Origin: Chrysomallon squamiferum
Taxonomy: Eukaryota; Animalia; Mollusca
DNA: 64,000 bases
Direction: 5' to 3'
Assembly (NCBI GenBank): GCA_012295275.1
Contig: CM022666.1
Span: 4,960,001-5,024,000, forward strand
Under the pieces are notes generated by a model. It was not told where the DNA came from. It was given only the letters and a program-made list of their open reading frames with translations, and made no database searches. A program made the position numbers and the translations under genes. Positions 14,768 to 26,360 of the stretch are shown here, in pieces (within the stretch, counting starts at the first letter, position 1; each line of letters starts with the position of its first letter).

Positions 14768-15564
14768 TTACGTTAACACATACACAAACACAAACACAAA
14801 TATAAACATACACATTTATTCTATACATAGACACAAACACAGACACAAACACAGACAGACAAAGAAAAACCCAGAAACACACATGGATGACTACACTTAT
14901 TTATTCCGATTACGTGTAAGATGACAAATCCGGGCTGGAACTTTACACTGTGTGATACACAGACTACATGTTTTCCTTTTGTTGTTTATGGGTTAGTTGA
15001 CACAGGAATAGAAGTTACGCTGTACTCTTTATTTAACAATAACGACAAAAGCAGTCGTAATAATAATAACATACACAACAACTATTACTACTACTATTAT
15101 AGCAATATCAACTGTTATATGTAATTTATTTACGAACAATATGCAAAAACTATACATTTAATAGCTTTGCTCATTTTATTACGTTATCTACAAAATATAT
15201 AGCAAATAATTAAATACATAAGAAGAAAAAAAAACATTAACCAATAAATTCAAATAAAGCAGACGACACTTCCTCTTAGCCAGTCAAAAATAAATGCGTG
15301 AACAGGTAGACAATACAATACGATCTTTTCAAAAGTCGCAAAATCAACGACGCCTGCCAGAAAGCGTGCCTCACAACAGGTTGTTCTGATTAGCAAGTTA
15401 ATTTTTTTCATAATTTAGGTATGTAAAATGTTTTACTTATTTCATAGGTGATATATATATATTTATATAAAATTATAATTTCACTTAGAATTTCACTATT
15501 TCATTTGTATAATATTATGTGATATTATACCAACTTGAAAAAACTGAATATCGCGGTTAAGAAA

Positions 15565-16658
15565 GTCACGGAATTCAAATTTGTTACTTCAATCAGAGCT
15601 CCGCTCCTTTTATTTTTAAGCGATGAATTCAGATTGCGTTACCTCAAATGACATCCGATCTTTCATATTTAAGTTATGGAATTGAAATTGCGTAACTTTA
15701 ATTATTACTACAATCACATCCGCTCCTTTTATTGTTTCCGCTAAGTTTTTAACTCCATGGCGTTTTTAAAACTACTGTTGACGTGTCAGAAAGCGTGCCT
15801 GTTGTAGACAACAGCTCGCTCTGATCAGCACGTTAATTTTATTCAAGGTTCCAGGTTCAAAGGTAATAAACAGAGACGTAAGCGAAGAAAACAGTCAAGA
15901 CGAAATATCAGTCAGGCGGGGAAACCAATATTTTGTCTTCTTTCCCCGATGACCGTACTCGTATCATTGATAAAAATTACTTAAACGTCTGTTTTATGAT
16001 TGTTTAATGTATTATTATCAAGTCACCTGTATATCATAATTAAATAATTAACGTGAACCGTAACTACGGTTGTGTTTATTTCTCTAGTGAGTAGATAGAC
16101 TTATTGATTTATATAGATTGCTGTCAATTTAGTATTTATATTCTTTGTTAGGTGGCCAGTAAAACACAATGTTACCCTAGACTGAGTCATAATAAAACAT
16201 ACAAGGTGTTTCGAGATGTGAACCACGTGACAGGAACATAAAAGTTGGGGCTCTCGTCCGGGATTTTTCAAATAATTATTTTTGGGGCTCGTTTTCTAAA
16301 ATTCTTATGGAAATATTTCTTTAGATGTATTGAGTATTTTCTCAGTTTAATGACAGCTAATTTCTGTTTAAATCCACTTGAGAAAACACAACACAACAAA
16401 ATAATAACGATATTAAAATAAATAAGTCAAAACGGAGAAATTATTATGGATTAAGATACATTGAACAATCCTAGTGTAACGTTTATCAAAAGAGCCAAGA
16501 GGGCTGAGCTATTAGAATTGTAAATATTCATAACAAACATTTCAACTGCCCAGTCAAAGATGATAGAGCAAACCAGAGAAATTTTATCAGAGGCTTTGTT
16601 TGGCGATTCTGTAGATAACGAGAGTGGGGGGAGTAACTCCGAGTGTGGCAGAATCAGT
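15565..16658 (+). mobile_element. Second Gypsy-like LTR/PBS(16246..16264)/gag remnant, ending 110 nt before the TNF gene A exon 1 acceptor
   Basis: Near-identical to parts of 12845-14338; junction gaatcagt|ataggtgtgtg into the TNF intron. Confidence 0.7.
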
Positions 16659-16802
16659 ATAGGTGTGTGCATATTGAGACTGTGTACGTGTGCGTGTGTG
16701 TGTATATTTATCTTGGTATTATTTATTACTAATAACATTCTTTTCTTCTTTTCGTCATGTTTTACAGACTACTTCTGAAGGAAATAAAAGTTGTTACACA
16801 AA

Positions 16803-17063
16803 ATGGTACCAATTCGTCCTGTCATTGGCATTTCTCTTATGGTACTAAGCTTCATACTCATCATTGTCACTGTATCTGTAACATTAAAAGAATTTCTGAA
16901 CAGAGAAACCAACTTGTTGTTTGACAAGGAACTGTGTGTGAAAATCTCGTGCAAACCAGGAGAAAACTGTTGTGATGACAAATCTACGAACAGAACCAGG
17001 AACAATACCACGTATTGCTGTTACAGAGATGGAGAAAAAGTGATCAGTGAAATAATGAAAAAG
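16803..17063 (+). CDS. TNF gene A coding exon 1 (signal-anchor and 6-Cys stalk)
   Basis: Acceptor tttacag ends at 16767. ATG at 16803 is preceded by in-frame stops. Donor aag|gtaaat follows 17063. Confidence 0.85.
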
Positions 17064-18712
17064 GTAAATTCCATATTTAATTCTAAAAACTTATATTCCA
17101 TAAATACATTAAATGAAAAAAAAAATTGTTTTCTGGAGATATGAAATTATGAAAAAGGTAAATTCTCTATAAAAATAATAAAAAGTTAAATTCACTATAA
17201 ATGAAATAATAATATTTGAATTATGAAAAGGAGAAATTAATAGTGCTGAAAAATATTTATAAATTTAAAACTGATTATTGTGGACTAGTTTCAAACTGGT
17301 TATTAACATTCTTTTTAGAAACTGAGTGAAAGTCAGACAAAAGCTGAGAAAAGTGGTAAGTTAATACAAACACATACACACACACACAGACATACGTAAA
17401 AAGACAAAGTCGCAGAAACACAGTCACACACAAAAAAAGTTATAAACATATACATATACAAACACAGACACACAAACATACAGAAAAAGACCCACACACA
17501 AACAGAAACATTCAGGCACACATATTTACATATCCACAAAAGTTTTTATAATTATGTATTTGTACGTACGTGCATATTTGAGTACAGTCTATGTATGTAA
17601 ATATGTATAAGTGTAAATTTATGTGAGTGCGTGTGCGTGTCTGTTTCAGATCCAAAACTAAAGCAGATCAGCGACGTCCCTGATCTTTTGAATTTAGATA
17701 ATGAAATAAGTGTACGAATCTATGTATGTATGTATGAATCTATATATTTATACATGTATCATTAGTCTATGTGTCCGTATATATATATATATATTTCAGA
17801 ACAAAAACTTAAGCAGGTCAGACAGGTCGCTTACAATCTGAATAATAAAAACAATGTGAAGACGTCAGCTCATCTACAAATGGAAGTGAATGTAACATAT
17901 GACAAAAGTAAGAAAACAAATATTACTAGTAGTAGTAGTAGAATACTAGTAATAGTAGTAATAGAGTAGTAGTTGTACTAGAGTAGTAGCAGTAGTAGTA
18001 GCAGAGTTATTGTACTCTGTTAAAAGAGGTGATTTTCTAATAAATGTGGTAGTAAAATAGAAGTAATAGTAGTAGCTGGTCTGGTAAAAGTAGTTGTAGT
18101 AGTTATCAGATAGTTATTAGTAGTGGTTAGGAAATAATAGAAGAAATTGTGATAACATTAGTATTAGCACGTTAGTAGTAAAAATATGAATGATGATACT
18201 AAAGTAGTCAATAGCAGGAGTTTGTAGTAGTTATAGAAATATATTAGTAATACTAACTACAACTGTTGAGAATTTAAAATAAAAATATTATTTAAAAATC
18301 ATTTCTTCTTACAAACTTTTCAGACACACTGAAGCCTCTCATCAAATGGACATCGTCTGGTAAAAGATCGTTTGTGAAAGGAGCTGCTGCTGTTGTCGCT
18401 GACGGGATTCAAGTCAAACACTCTGCTTACTACTTCATATACAGCAACGTTGTATTCCATGCCAACCAACTGAGAGAGCTAGAATACGATAGGCTGTGTC
18501 ACTCAATTGAAAAATATCTAAATTATGAAGTTCTCTACAGAAATCCTCAAACAACATGCAAAGTACGAAGATATCAGGAAGGTTTTGCTGCTTCCTACAT
18601 TGGAGCTGTTTACTACCTGAAAGCCAATGACACTGTAGTGGTGAGAACATCTGTTGTGAACAGAATTTTGAGAGATCCTGAGACCACCTACTTTGGTCTG
18701 TATATGCTGTAA
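16803..18712 (+). CDS. TNF-superfamily ligand gene A, type II membrane protein, 264 aa; join(16803..17063,17319..17355,17800..17907,18324..18712)
   Basis: All four exons have AG/GT boundaries and compatible phases (0,1,1), giving 795 nt with no internal stop. The product has a hydrophobic anchor (VIGISLMVLSFILIIVTVSVTL), a Cys-rich stalk, and TNF homology domain motifs: SAHL, IKW..SFVKG, DGIQV, YYFIYSNVVF, SYIGAVYYL..ND, TYFGLYML*. Confidence 0.9.
17319..17355 (+). CDS. TNF gene A 37-nt micro-exon 2 (KLSESQTKAEKS)
   Basis: ttctttttag|...|gtaagt; supplies the required phase 0 to phase 1 link between exon 1 and exon 3. Confidence 0.8.
17800..17907 (+). CDS. TNF gene A exon 3 (stalk end and first THD strand, AHL)
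   Basis: atttcag|aa caa aaa...gac aaa a|gtaaga; 108 nt, phase 1-1; encodes KTSAHLQM. Confidence 0.85.
18324..18712 (+). CDS. TNF gene A terminal exon (TNF homology domain)
   Basis: ttttcag acceptor; 389 nt ending in TAA; contains YYFIYSNVVF, SYIGAVYYL and TYFGLY motifs. Confidence 0.93.
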
Positions 18713-21700
18713 AATTGTTTCGAGAGGCCTCAATTAGAAGTTGTTATATATAATTGTCTGTTTTCTGGACAGATTCGTGAGCTTTCCATCCATATACGTG
18801 CTGTTCTGAACGACGTCTATGACACTTTCTGACAGGTGTTTCGTGTTTGGTGCGTGAACTCGATTTTTAAAATGTGTGTGAGTGTGTGTTAAGATTATTT
18901 ATTTATTTTTCTTATTAAAAATTGTATTTTATTTGTTCAATTCATTTTATTTATAAAATTATTTATTGACTCTTCTTTTTTAGAGTTTTGCATCTACTTT
19001 TAATAACAAACTGTATTCCTTGAAGTAACATAATTTATTATTAAGTTTATATTTATATTTGTTTTTTTCTAAAAATGATTTTATTCGTTTTTGCTTGTTT
19101 TGTGTTACATAAACAATGTTGGTATATTTAACATTTTGTATTTATTTTTATAATTCTTATATTAATAATAAAGAATTTGCTTCAATTTCCTTTAGAGGCA
19201 TATGGTGTCAACCATGATTTAAAATGTTTATTTAATTGTAATACATATTTCTTTATACTTGTTGTCGAAACATGTATTTGGAATAACAGTATATTAACAA
19301 TGAGGTGGAGGAAGCTTTCCACCCAGAAATAGCTCGTCACAATCAGTAGTCGAAGCTTTTACCGAGTGAAAACATTATCCCTATTATTAACACACGGAAT
19401 CAGAAAGTATTAATGCATTATACTGTTGTTGTTGTTGTTGAAAATGAACACAAATGACATTTTTTTTTTTTTTTTAAATTAAATCCTAGATTTAACAAAG
19501 CAATAGCTAGGTTACGAACGCCATTTGCAAATAAAAAGTTATAATCTTATTTTTAAAAAAATAATAATATTTATTAAAGTGTGTGTGTGTGTTGTCTTAA
19601 GTTACATAATTTATTATCAAAAGATATAATAATAATCAAATATGAATTTATATTTATATTTTTAGTTTTCTAATAAAGATTTAATTCGATTTAATTCGTT
19701 TTTGTTTGTTTTGGTATTTTTAAATAATTGTTTGTATAATTAAGATTTTGAATTCATTATTTTAATTCTTTCATCAATAAAACATTATGCTATTGGAATA
19801 TGGTTTAATATGGTTTTTATAACTGTAATAAGTTTCTTTATACTTGTTGTCGATACATGTATTTTGAATAACAGTATATTATCAATGAGGCGGAGGGAGT
19901 CACATTAAACATTTTGGAGAATAAATATTTCTTCAAGATCTGAGCTTTCTACCCAGAAATAGCTCGTCACAATCAGTAGTCGAAACTTTTATAATGGACG
20001 TACTTGTACACTGGATATTGTTTGTATGGTGGATGCTCTAGTACAGTTAATATTCTATGTAAAATAGGCGTTCTTCTGCAGTCGATGTTCTACAGTCTAT
20101 GTCCTATGTAAAAAGATGATCTTGTACAGAAGTTCTATGTACACTCTAGAACAGTAGCTGTTCTGTGTACAGTGAATGGTCTTGTATGGTAGAAATTCTG
20201 TACACAATGGATGGTCTATTGAAGATTTTCTGTGTAAAAAGATGTTTTTTTACAGCTGATATTCTATACATGTACACCGATGGACGGTGTAAATATGATT
20301 AATGTTAAATGGTCAATGATAATGAATAGTCCATTCATAATGGCTACGTAATGTATGTACTACTGATGGTCTGTGTTCAGTAAATCTGGGGTATTTAAGT
20401 GTCCGTGACAGAAAAATCTTGCCTCTAGAAATCGCAAAGGATGTTGAAAATAAAAGTTTTAAGAATTTTGCGGGCGCAATTCTGTTTTGAATGAATATTT
20501 TTATCGAAAGATAAGATTTTAAACATGTCATTTCTACAGAAATCACATTTAATGGTGGAGTGACATTGTGTAATAAAATACCTGATTAACAGTCAGGTTA
20601 CGTTTTTCTTTCTCTGTTTCTCTTCGTGCACGTACATCACATGTACTTGACGTAGTCTAGTTTCTATCATAAAATCCAAAAAAGCTCTGAATAAGGTCAT
20701 ACAATTAGCTGTGAAGATTAACTAAAGTGACATAATAGTACGTACGTGTGTATAAAATGACTTTGTAGTGTTCCACTATGCACGTTTACGTTATCATTCT
20801 TGTTATCCGTTGTATTGCGTCATTGACTGATCTGCGCATGTCAGTGTCTATTCTAGGTCACAGCAAGGATTCAAGAAAGCTAAAGTTACACCACATAATG
20901 GTTCACCTTTCTTCTTCTTGATATACTGATTACTTACTGTAATTCGAGGCGAAAATATTAGTTTTCCTACAAACTTCTTAACAACACTTCTGTTTATATG
21001 TTTTTCCATGGATGTCTTCTAGCGCATCAGCATCTAATAGTAGTATTATATCAATTAGTAAAATTTACCGAACACGTGAACAGAAGTAACACTATACATT
21101 AAAGGCAACAATAACAACAACCACAAGAACAGATTTATTTTATTTATAACAATAATGATTAATTTATACTTTCAGGATCTGTCTATTAGTAATACGGTTG
21201 ACATAACAACATTATCTGTTCAACTTCAACAATACGAAAATATAATAACTATTTTTATTTAATTTAACAATGTTTATATATTTATAAAATGTAATGTATG
21301 TGTATGTGTACATACAGTGTCACTGATTTTCAGGTAGTCAACAGCTCAGATGAAGGAAGCAACAAAATTTTCTTGGTGTCTTCGTACTAAAGAATAATAA
21401 GCTAAAATTATCTGTGAATATTCAAAGCCTGAACAAACATAAAAAAAAAATCCCCTCAGTGGTAATATCTATTAAACAAAATCTGAACACATTCATAATC
21501 TAATAAGAAAGATTTGTGAGAACAAAAATCCATTGGGGTTTGTCGTCACTAAGGAAACTTTATACACCAGACTTCGTCTAAAACAATAAGTAAATAAAAA
21601 TGAGTTTCAAAGTAAAATAAATAAATAAGAAATTTCAGAAAAACATATTTATATATACAGTCTGTGAAACCAGTATTTACATGTATTTTCTGAAATTTTC

Positions 21701-21831
21701 AGTATATTTCACGTTCACATGTACGTGTGTTTGTGAAAGCGTACATGCATGCATTCATAAAACGCTGGTATAAAAATTAACGACGCGAGTATGAAGTCAG
21801 AGGCAGCCTAATTCAGGTAAGTATGTGAATA

Positions 21832-22550
21832 CAGCGGTACCTCGAGTTACGAGTGCTCCAACTTACGAGTTTTCAGAGTTAATAGATTGTTGCTTTGACT
21901 CACGAGCCACAATCCGAGTTACGAGTTATTTGGCGCAACGAACAATACAACATCCCGTGTTTCATTCGTTTGCTTCACGTGGTTACCTCGCCGTGGAAAC
22001 ATCTCTACTGTGTTATGGTCGCGTTTTGTGGAGTATTTTGTCAAATTTCCATAGATCCTCAGAAAGTGAGTGCAAAAGACAGTGCTGAGAAGAAGAAACG
22101 GATGATGTCCATTGAATTAAAGCATGAAATCATAGAAAAACATGAGCGAGGTCTCCGTATAGTCAACATGGCTAGGCAGTACGAGCGTAGTACTTTTATT
22201 ATACGTACCATACTAAAGCAGTAGGAGTTGATAAAGGCTACAACTCCAGCCAAAGGTGTTAAAATAATTTCTAAGCTGCGGATCTCTGTCCATGGAAAGA
22301 TGGAGAAACCCTTACAAAACCAATTTATTTCTTTGCATTCTCTTTTGTTTTATTTTTATATTTGTCATTTATACATTCATTTTTCTTTTTTAAAAACACA
22401 TTACAAAAAACTGGGGTGGTTTGTGGGCCTGGAACGGATTAATGGTATTTCAATTAATTTCATTTGAGATAACTGATTTGATATACGAGTACATTTGAGT
22501 TACAAGCTCGGTCACGGAACGAATTGAACTCGTAAGTCAAGATACCACTG
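21832..22550 (+). mobile_element. Tigger/pogo DNA transposon, internally deleted (719 bp), with remnant of the N-terminal HTH (psq/CENP-B type) transposase region at ~22051..22310
   Basis: TIRs CAGCGGTACCTCGAGTTACGAGT and ACTCGTAAGTCAAGATACCACTG flanked by TA. Translates as DPQKVSAKDSAEKKKRMMSIELKHEIIEKHERGLRIVNMARQYERSTFIIRTILKQ*ELIKATTPAKGVKIISKLR. Confidence 0.9.
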
Positions 22551-23215
22551 TATTTCACTTGTTTCGTAGATTATATATATCTACATAAAATTATAATTTT
22601 ACTTATTTCAAAGGCTATATATATTTATATACAATTACAGTTGTACTTATTTCATAGGTTAAATATTTTTATATAAAATTATAATTTCCTTCTTGCTTGT
22701 ATAGTTTGATGTCCGAGGGTATCGTACTTTCCGCCCTGCAAACGTAGCTTTGTTCGTTTTTAAATTTTTCAGAATAAAAACACATTTTACTGATTTAATT
22801 AAATCACCAAAATCAATCGAGTGCGAACTGTTTTCTACCTTCTTAGAAAAAAAATAAGATGATTTGGCGGTAGCGATTGTAAAAAGCCATCATCGCCTTG
22901 GGCTGTCACGTGATCAAAATACTGCCACTTGGTTGGATATTTACTCCACTTCGGGGCACTGAATGTTTATTGCGCGTTTTGACACATTATGTTACCTCGA
23001 GCTGTTTTTCTCTTACTTTTATAAATTGTTTTCATTCTTAGAAAGTTATATCTTTGATTGCAAGTCTACCGTCACACTCTTCCCTATACATTTGTGTTAA
23101 GAAAAAAAAAAAAAACTTCTTTATTTTTATTATTATTATTATTTTTTAAATTTCCATGTCTTTCCAGTGATATAAATAATTTCTGATGAAAAACTCTCCT
23201 CTTTACATTCTTCAG

Positions 23216-23316
23216 CAATTGGAGACAAACTTTGTGGTATCACGTGTCCAAGGTTTACATCAGGAGGATTATCTGTTGCATTAGACATCGCTGTGCTGTC
23301 ATATTGGATTTCAGTG
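23216..23316 (+). other. Probable upstream (5'-UTR) exon of the ancestral TNF gene; partial second copy at ~5536..5623
   Basis: ttcttcag acceptor and cagtg|gtgagt donor. Both copies lie 440-510 nt upstream of a TNF exon 1 copy. Confidence 0.55.
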
Positions 23317-23466
23317 GTGAGTATTTGTACACAGTGGTTTACATGTCATTCACTGAAAATTGAAAAATCAGGCCTCGCATTTTATAACGGGTAATTAAGA
23401 TTTTCGTAATAGAAACTTTTGTTATTTTTATCTGCGTTGTTTTTCTTTTCCTTTTTTTTTTCTTTT

Positions 23467-23497
<31 letters not shown>

Positions 23498-23827
23498 GGA
23501 ACATCACATTGGAAAATTATCGATGTAAATATATCTTGGTATTACTTATTTTAATTTTTTTTCTTTGAAGGATGTTATGTAGAAATGTGTGTAGATGTGT
23601 ATTATATTGTGTGTGAATTTATCTTGCTAATATTTATTATTTTATTTATTTAACTATATTTTAAAAGTTTTATATTTATGTGTATGTACATGTGTATATT
23701 ATTTTTTTTTTTTGCTGACAGAATGTTATATATAAGTGTGTATATTGTATATATGTGCGTGTGCGTGTGTGTATTTATCTGAGTATTATTTATTAAAATA
23801 AATTTTTCTTTTGGTCACATTTTACAC

Positions 23828-24047
23828 ACTTCTTCTAAAGGAATTAAAAGTTGTTACACAAAATGATACCAATTCGTCCAGTCATTGTCATTTCTCTTAT
23901 GATGTTAAACTTGATACTCATCAGTTTCATTGTATCTGTAACATTAAACGAATTTCTGAATAGAGAAACCAACTTGTTGTTTGAGCAGGAATTGTGTATT
24001 GCTGTTACAGTGCATGAGAAAAAGTGATCAGTGAAATTATGGAAAAG
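23828..24047 (+). pseudogene. TNF exon 1 copy with dead acceptor and ~76-nt frameshifting deletion
   Basis: Acceptor reads tttacac instead of tttacag. ATG at 23863 (MIPIRPVIVISLMMLNLIL...). Stalk is deleted; donor aag|gtaaat is retained. Confidence 0.85.
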
Positions 24048-24619
24048 GTAAATTCTGTTTTAACTTCTAAAAAAAACCCCAAAAAAACAACAACATAAAT
24101 ACACTAAATGAAATAAGTTTTATGTCAATATGAAATTAACAAAGAGGTAAATTCTATATAAAAATATTAAAAAGTTAAATTCATTATGAATTAAATGAAA
24201 GGAAAAAAAAATGCAACAAATCCATATACGTTTAATAATATTTGAATTATGAAAAGTTAAAATTAATTGTGCTGAAAAATATTTTAAACTCTGTTATTTT
24301 GTTTGTTTCACACTGAATCTACCCGATTATTTGTCCTGTGGGAAATAAACCAGGATAAAAAAAACGACCCTCATTAAAACTGAAATTTATTTAGTTATTT
24401 TTCAAAACTTTTCTATTGCGCCTCCTGAAATCAGCGCCCTAGGCATCGGCCTAGTTTGCCTGTATGGTAGCACCAGTCCTAATTGCGTTTACGTGAGAAC
24501 TCAGACTGTAATTGTACATATCTGTGTGTTTAACAACCTTAAAAACACTACTTGAAGTAATATGTTTTCTTGTATTTGTTTAAATTTTAATTATCTGTTT
24601 TTACAATTTACTTTCAAAG

Positions 24620-25341
24620 GACGGAGAGACCAGACATTGTAGAAAACCAACTTGACGCTTTACTCACTGCAGCCAGGCGCATCGTCATGGATACAGCTCA
24701 AATTGTTGTTGTATTTTTGTCCATTGTGGTGCTCAAGGAACTGTTTGGTTCGGTTTTATGGATCTACATAAGAAGGTAAATTATTTCTGTCTAAGATGGT
24801 GTCTCGAATATTCTTTTCTTTTAATTTCAGTTGTAAATAATATCTCTTTTCACAATATAACAGATATCTGCAATGATAAATATATAAATATTATTCTGCT
24901 CAGTTTTAAGTAAATTGATGTTGATTATTATTATTATTATTATTATTTATTTTACTATTATTATTGTTGTTGATTTAATTATTTTATTTATTTATTTAAT
25001 TATTTATTTGGTTTCTGATCATTAAATAGTTACTTTATTGTTATTATTATTAGTTAAACTATTGATTTTTAAATTAATTAATCAACATTTGTTGTGTATC
25101 GTTTTATTTATTTAATTTACTGTTGTTATTATTTAATTCCTTATCCTTATTAATTATTAATTAATAAATGATATATAAATATTTTTAATTTCTTTCATAT
25201 ATATATATGTTAACTAAACTTACCCCATGAAATTAATTCATTTCTTTACTTTCTCTCTTTTCATCTTTTAACAGATCTGGTTTTGTCAGGCTAAGAATAA
25301 TTTTTTAAACCAGCGAGGATCAGACAATGAAAGATTCATGA
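24620..25341 (+). pseudogene. Gene X 3' end: exon 24620..24775 (TERPDIVENQLDALLTAARRIVMDTAQIVVVFLSIVVLKELFGSVLWIYIR) and terminal exon 25275..25341
   Basis: ctttcaaag|...aga ag|gtaaat is 156 nt, open, phase 2-2. It joins ttttaacag|a tct ggt ttt gtc agg cta aga (SGFVRLRIIF*, premature TAA in this copy). Confidence 0.65.
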
Positions 25342-25572
25342 AAAGAAATTTACTTAAAACCTAAAAAACATTACATTCTAATATTTCCTTCAGGACATAT
25401 CAGGAAATACACACAACTGAAAAATCTCATTTGATATTAATTGTTTTATATTCACAGTGACATCAGATTCTGTGATATATTATGTTCGTATGTGTACAGA
25501 GATTTGTTTTCATAATCTATAAGATAAATGAGGAATTTAGTTGTGTCAGAAGAAGACTTTTCATTTCAGTAA

Positions 25573-25624
<52 letters not shown>

Positions 25625-25859
25625 GAATGAAAATAAATGTGGATCATAACTAAACACAAAGACTGTCATGGCCATTAATCTACATCATCATTCAAAATTT
25701 CATTGTCAGCATCATCATTCAAAATTGTATTGTTAACATCATCATTCAAAGTTTTACTGTCAGCCTCATCATCCAGAATATTATTAACAAAATAATCAAT
25801 GAAAATCATCATTCATCTTCATGTTTTATTTACTATTATTTTAGGTTTTACTCACGTTA

Positions 25860-26360
25860 TACGATGGATGTTCTTGTACAACATATGTTCTATGTACAGT
25901 GGATATTCTTGTATACTGGATGTTCTTTGTGCAGTAGATGCTCTAATGTTCTAAGTACAGTAGGCGTTGTTCTGCAGTGGATATTCTGTATACAGTGAAT
26001 GTTCTTCAGTCGATTTCCTGTGTAAAAAGATGATCTTGTACAGATGTTCTGTGTACAGTGCACATTGGATGCTCAAGTACAGTATATGTTCAGTGTACAG
26101 TGAATGTTCTGTACAAAATGCATGTTTTGCTGTAGCTGTTCTGTGTGAAAAGATGTTTTTGTACAGTTGATATTCTAAACATGTACATCTGTGGATGTTG
26201 TAAATATAATTAATGTTAAATGATAATGAATACTCCGTGCGTAATGGCTTTTCTTTGTACAGTGAATATGTAATGTATGTACTATTCATGGTCTGTGTTC
26301 TGTAAATCTGTACAGTGGATGTTCTACAAACACTGAATGTGTTCTAGAGATGTTCTATGT
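25860..26360. repeat. Degenerate ~19-20-bp minisatellite (tacagt[a/g]gatgttct...); also at ~19995-20380 and ~63118-63575
   Basis: Repeating tacagtggatgttct-like units. Confidence 0.75.

Noticed and set aside
18890-19060. AU-rich elements (TTATTTATT/ATTTA) in the TNF gene A 3' UTR
   Set aside because: Biologically plausible, but such motifs are ubiquitous in this AT-rich DNA, so no enrichment can be claimed by eye.
24415-24482. GC-rich gcgccctaggcatcggcctagtttgcc, a possible transposon terminus
   Set aside because: No matching opposite end or TSD found in the window.
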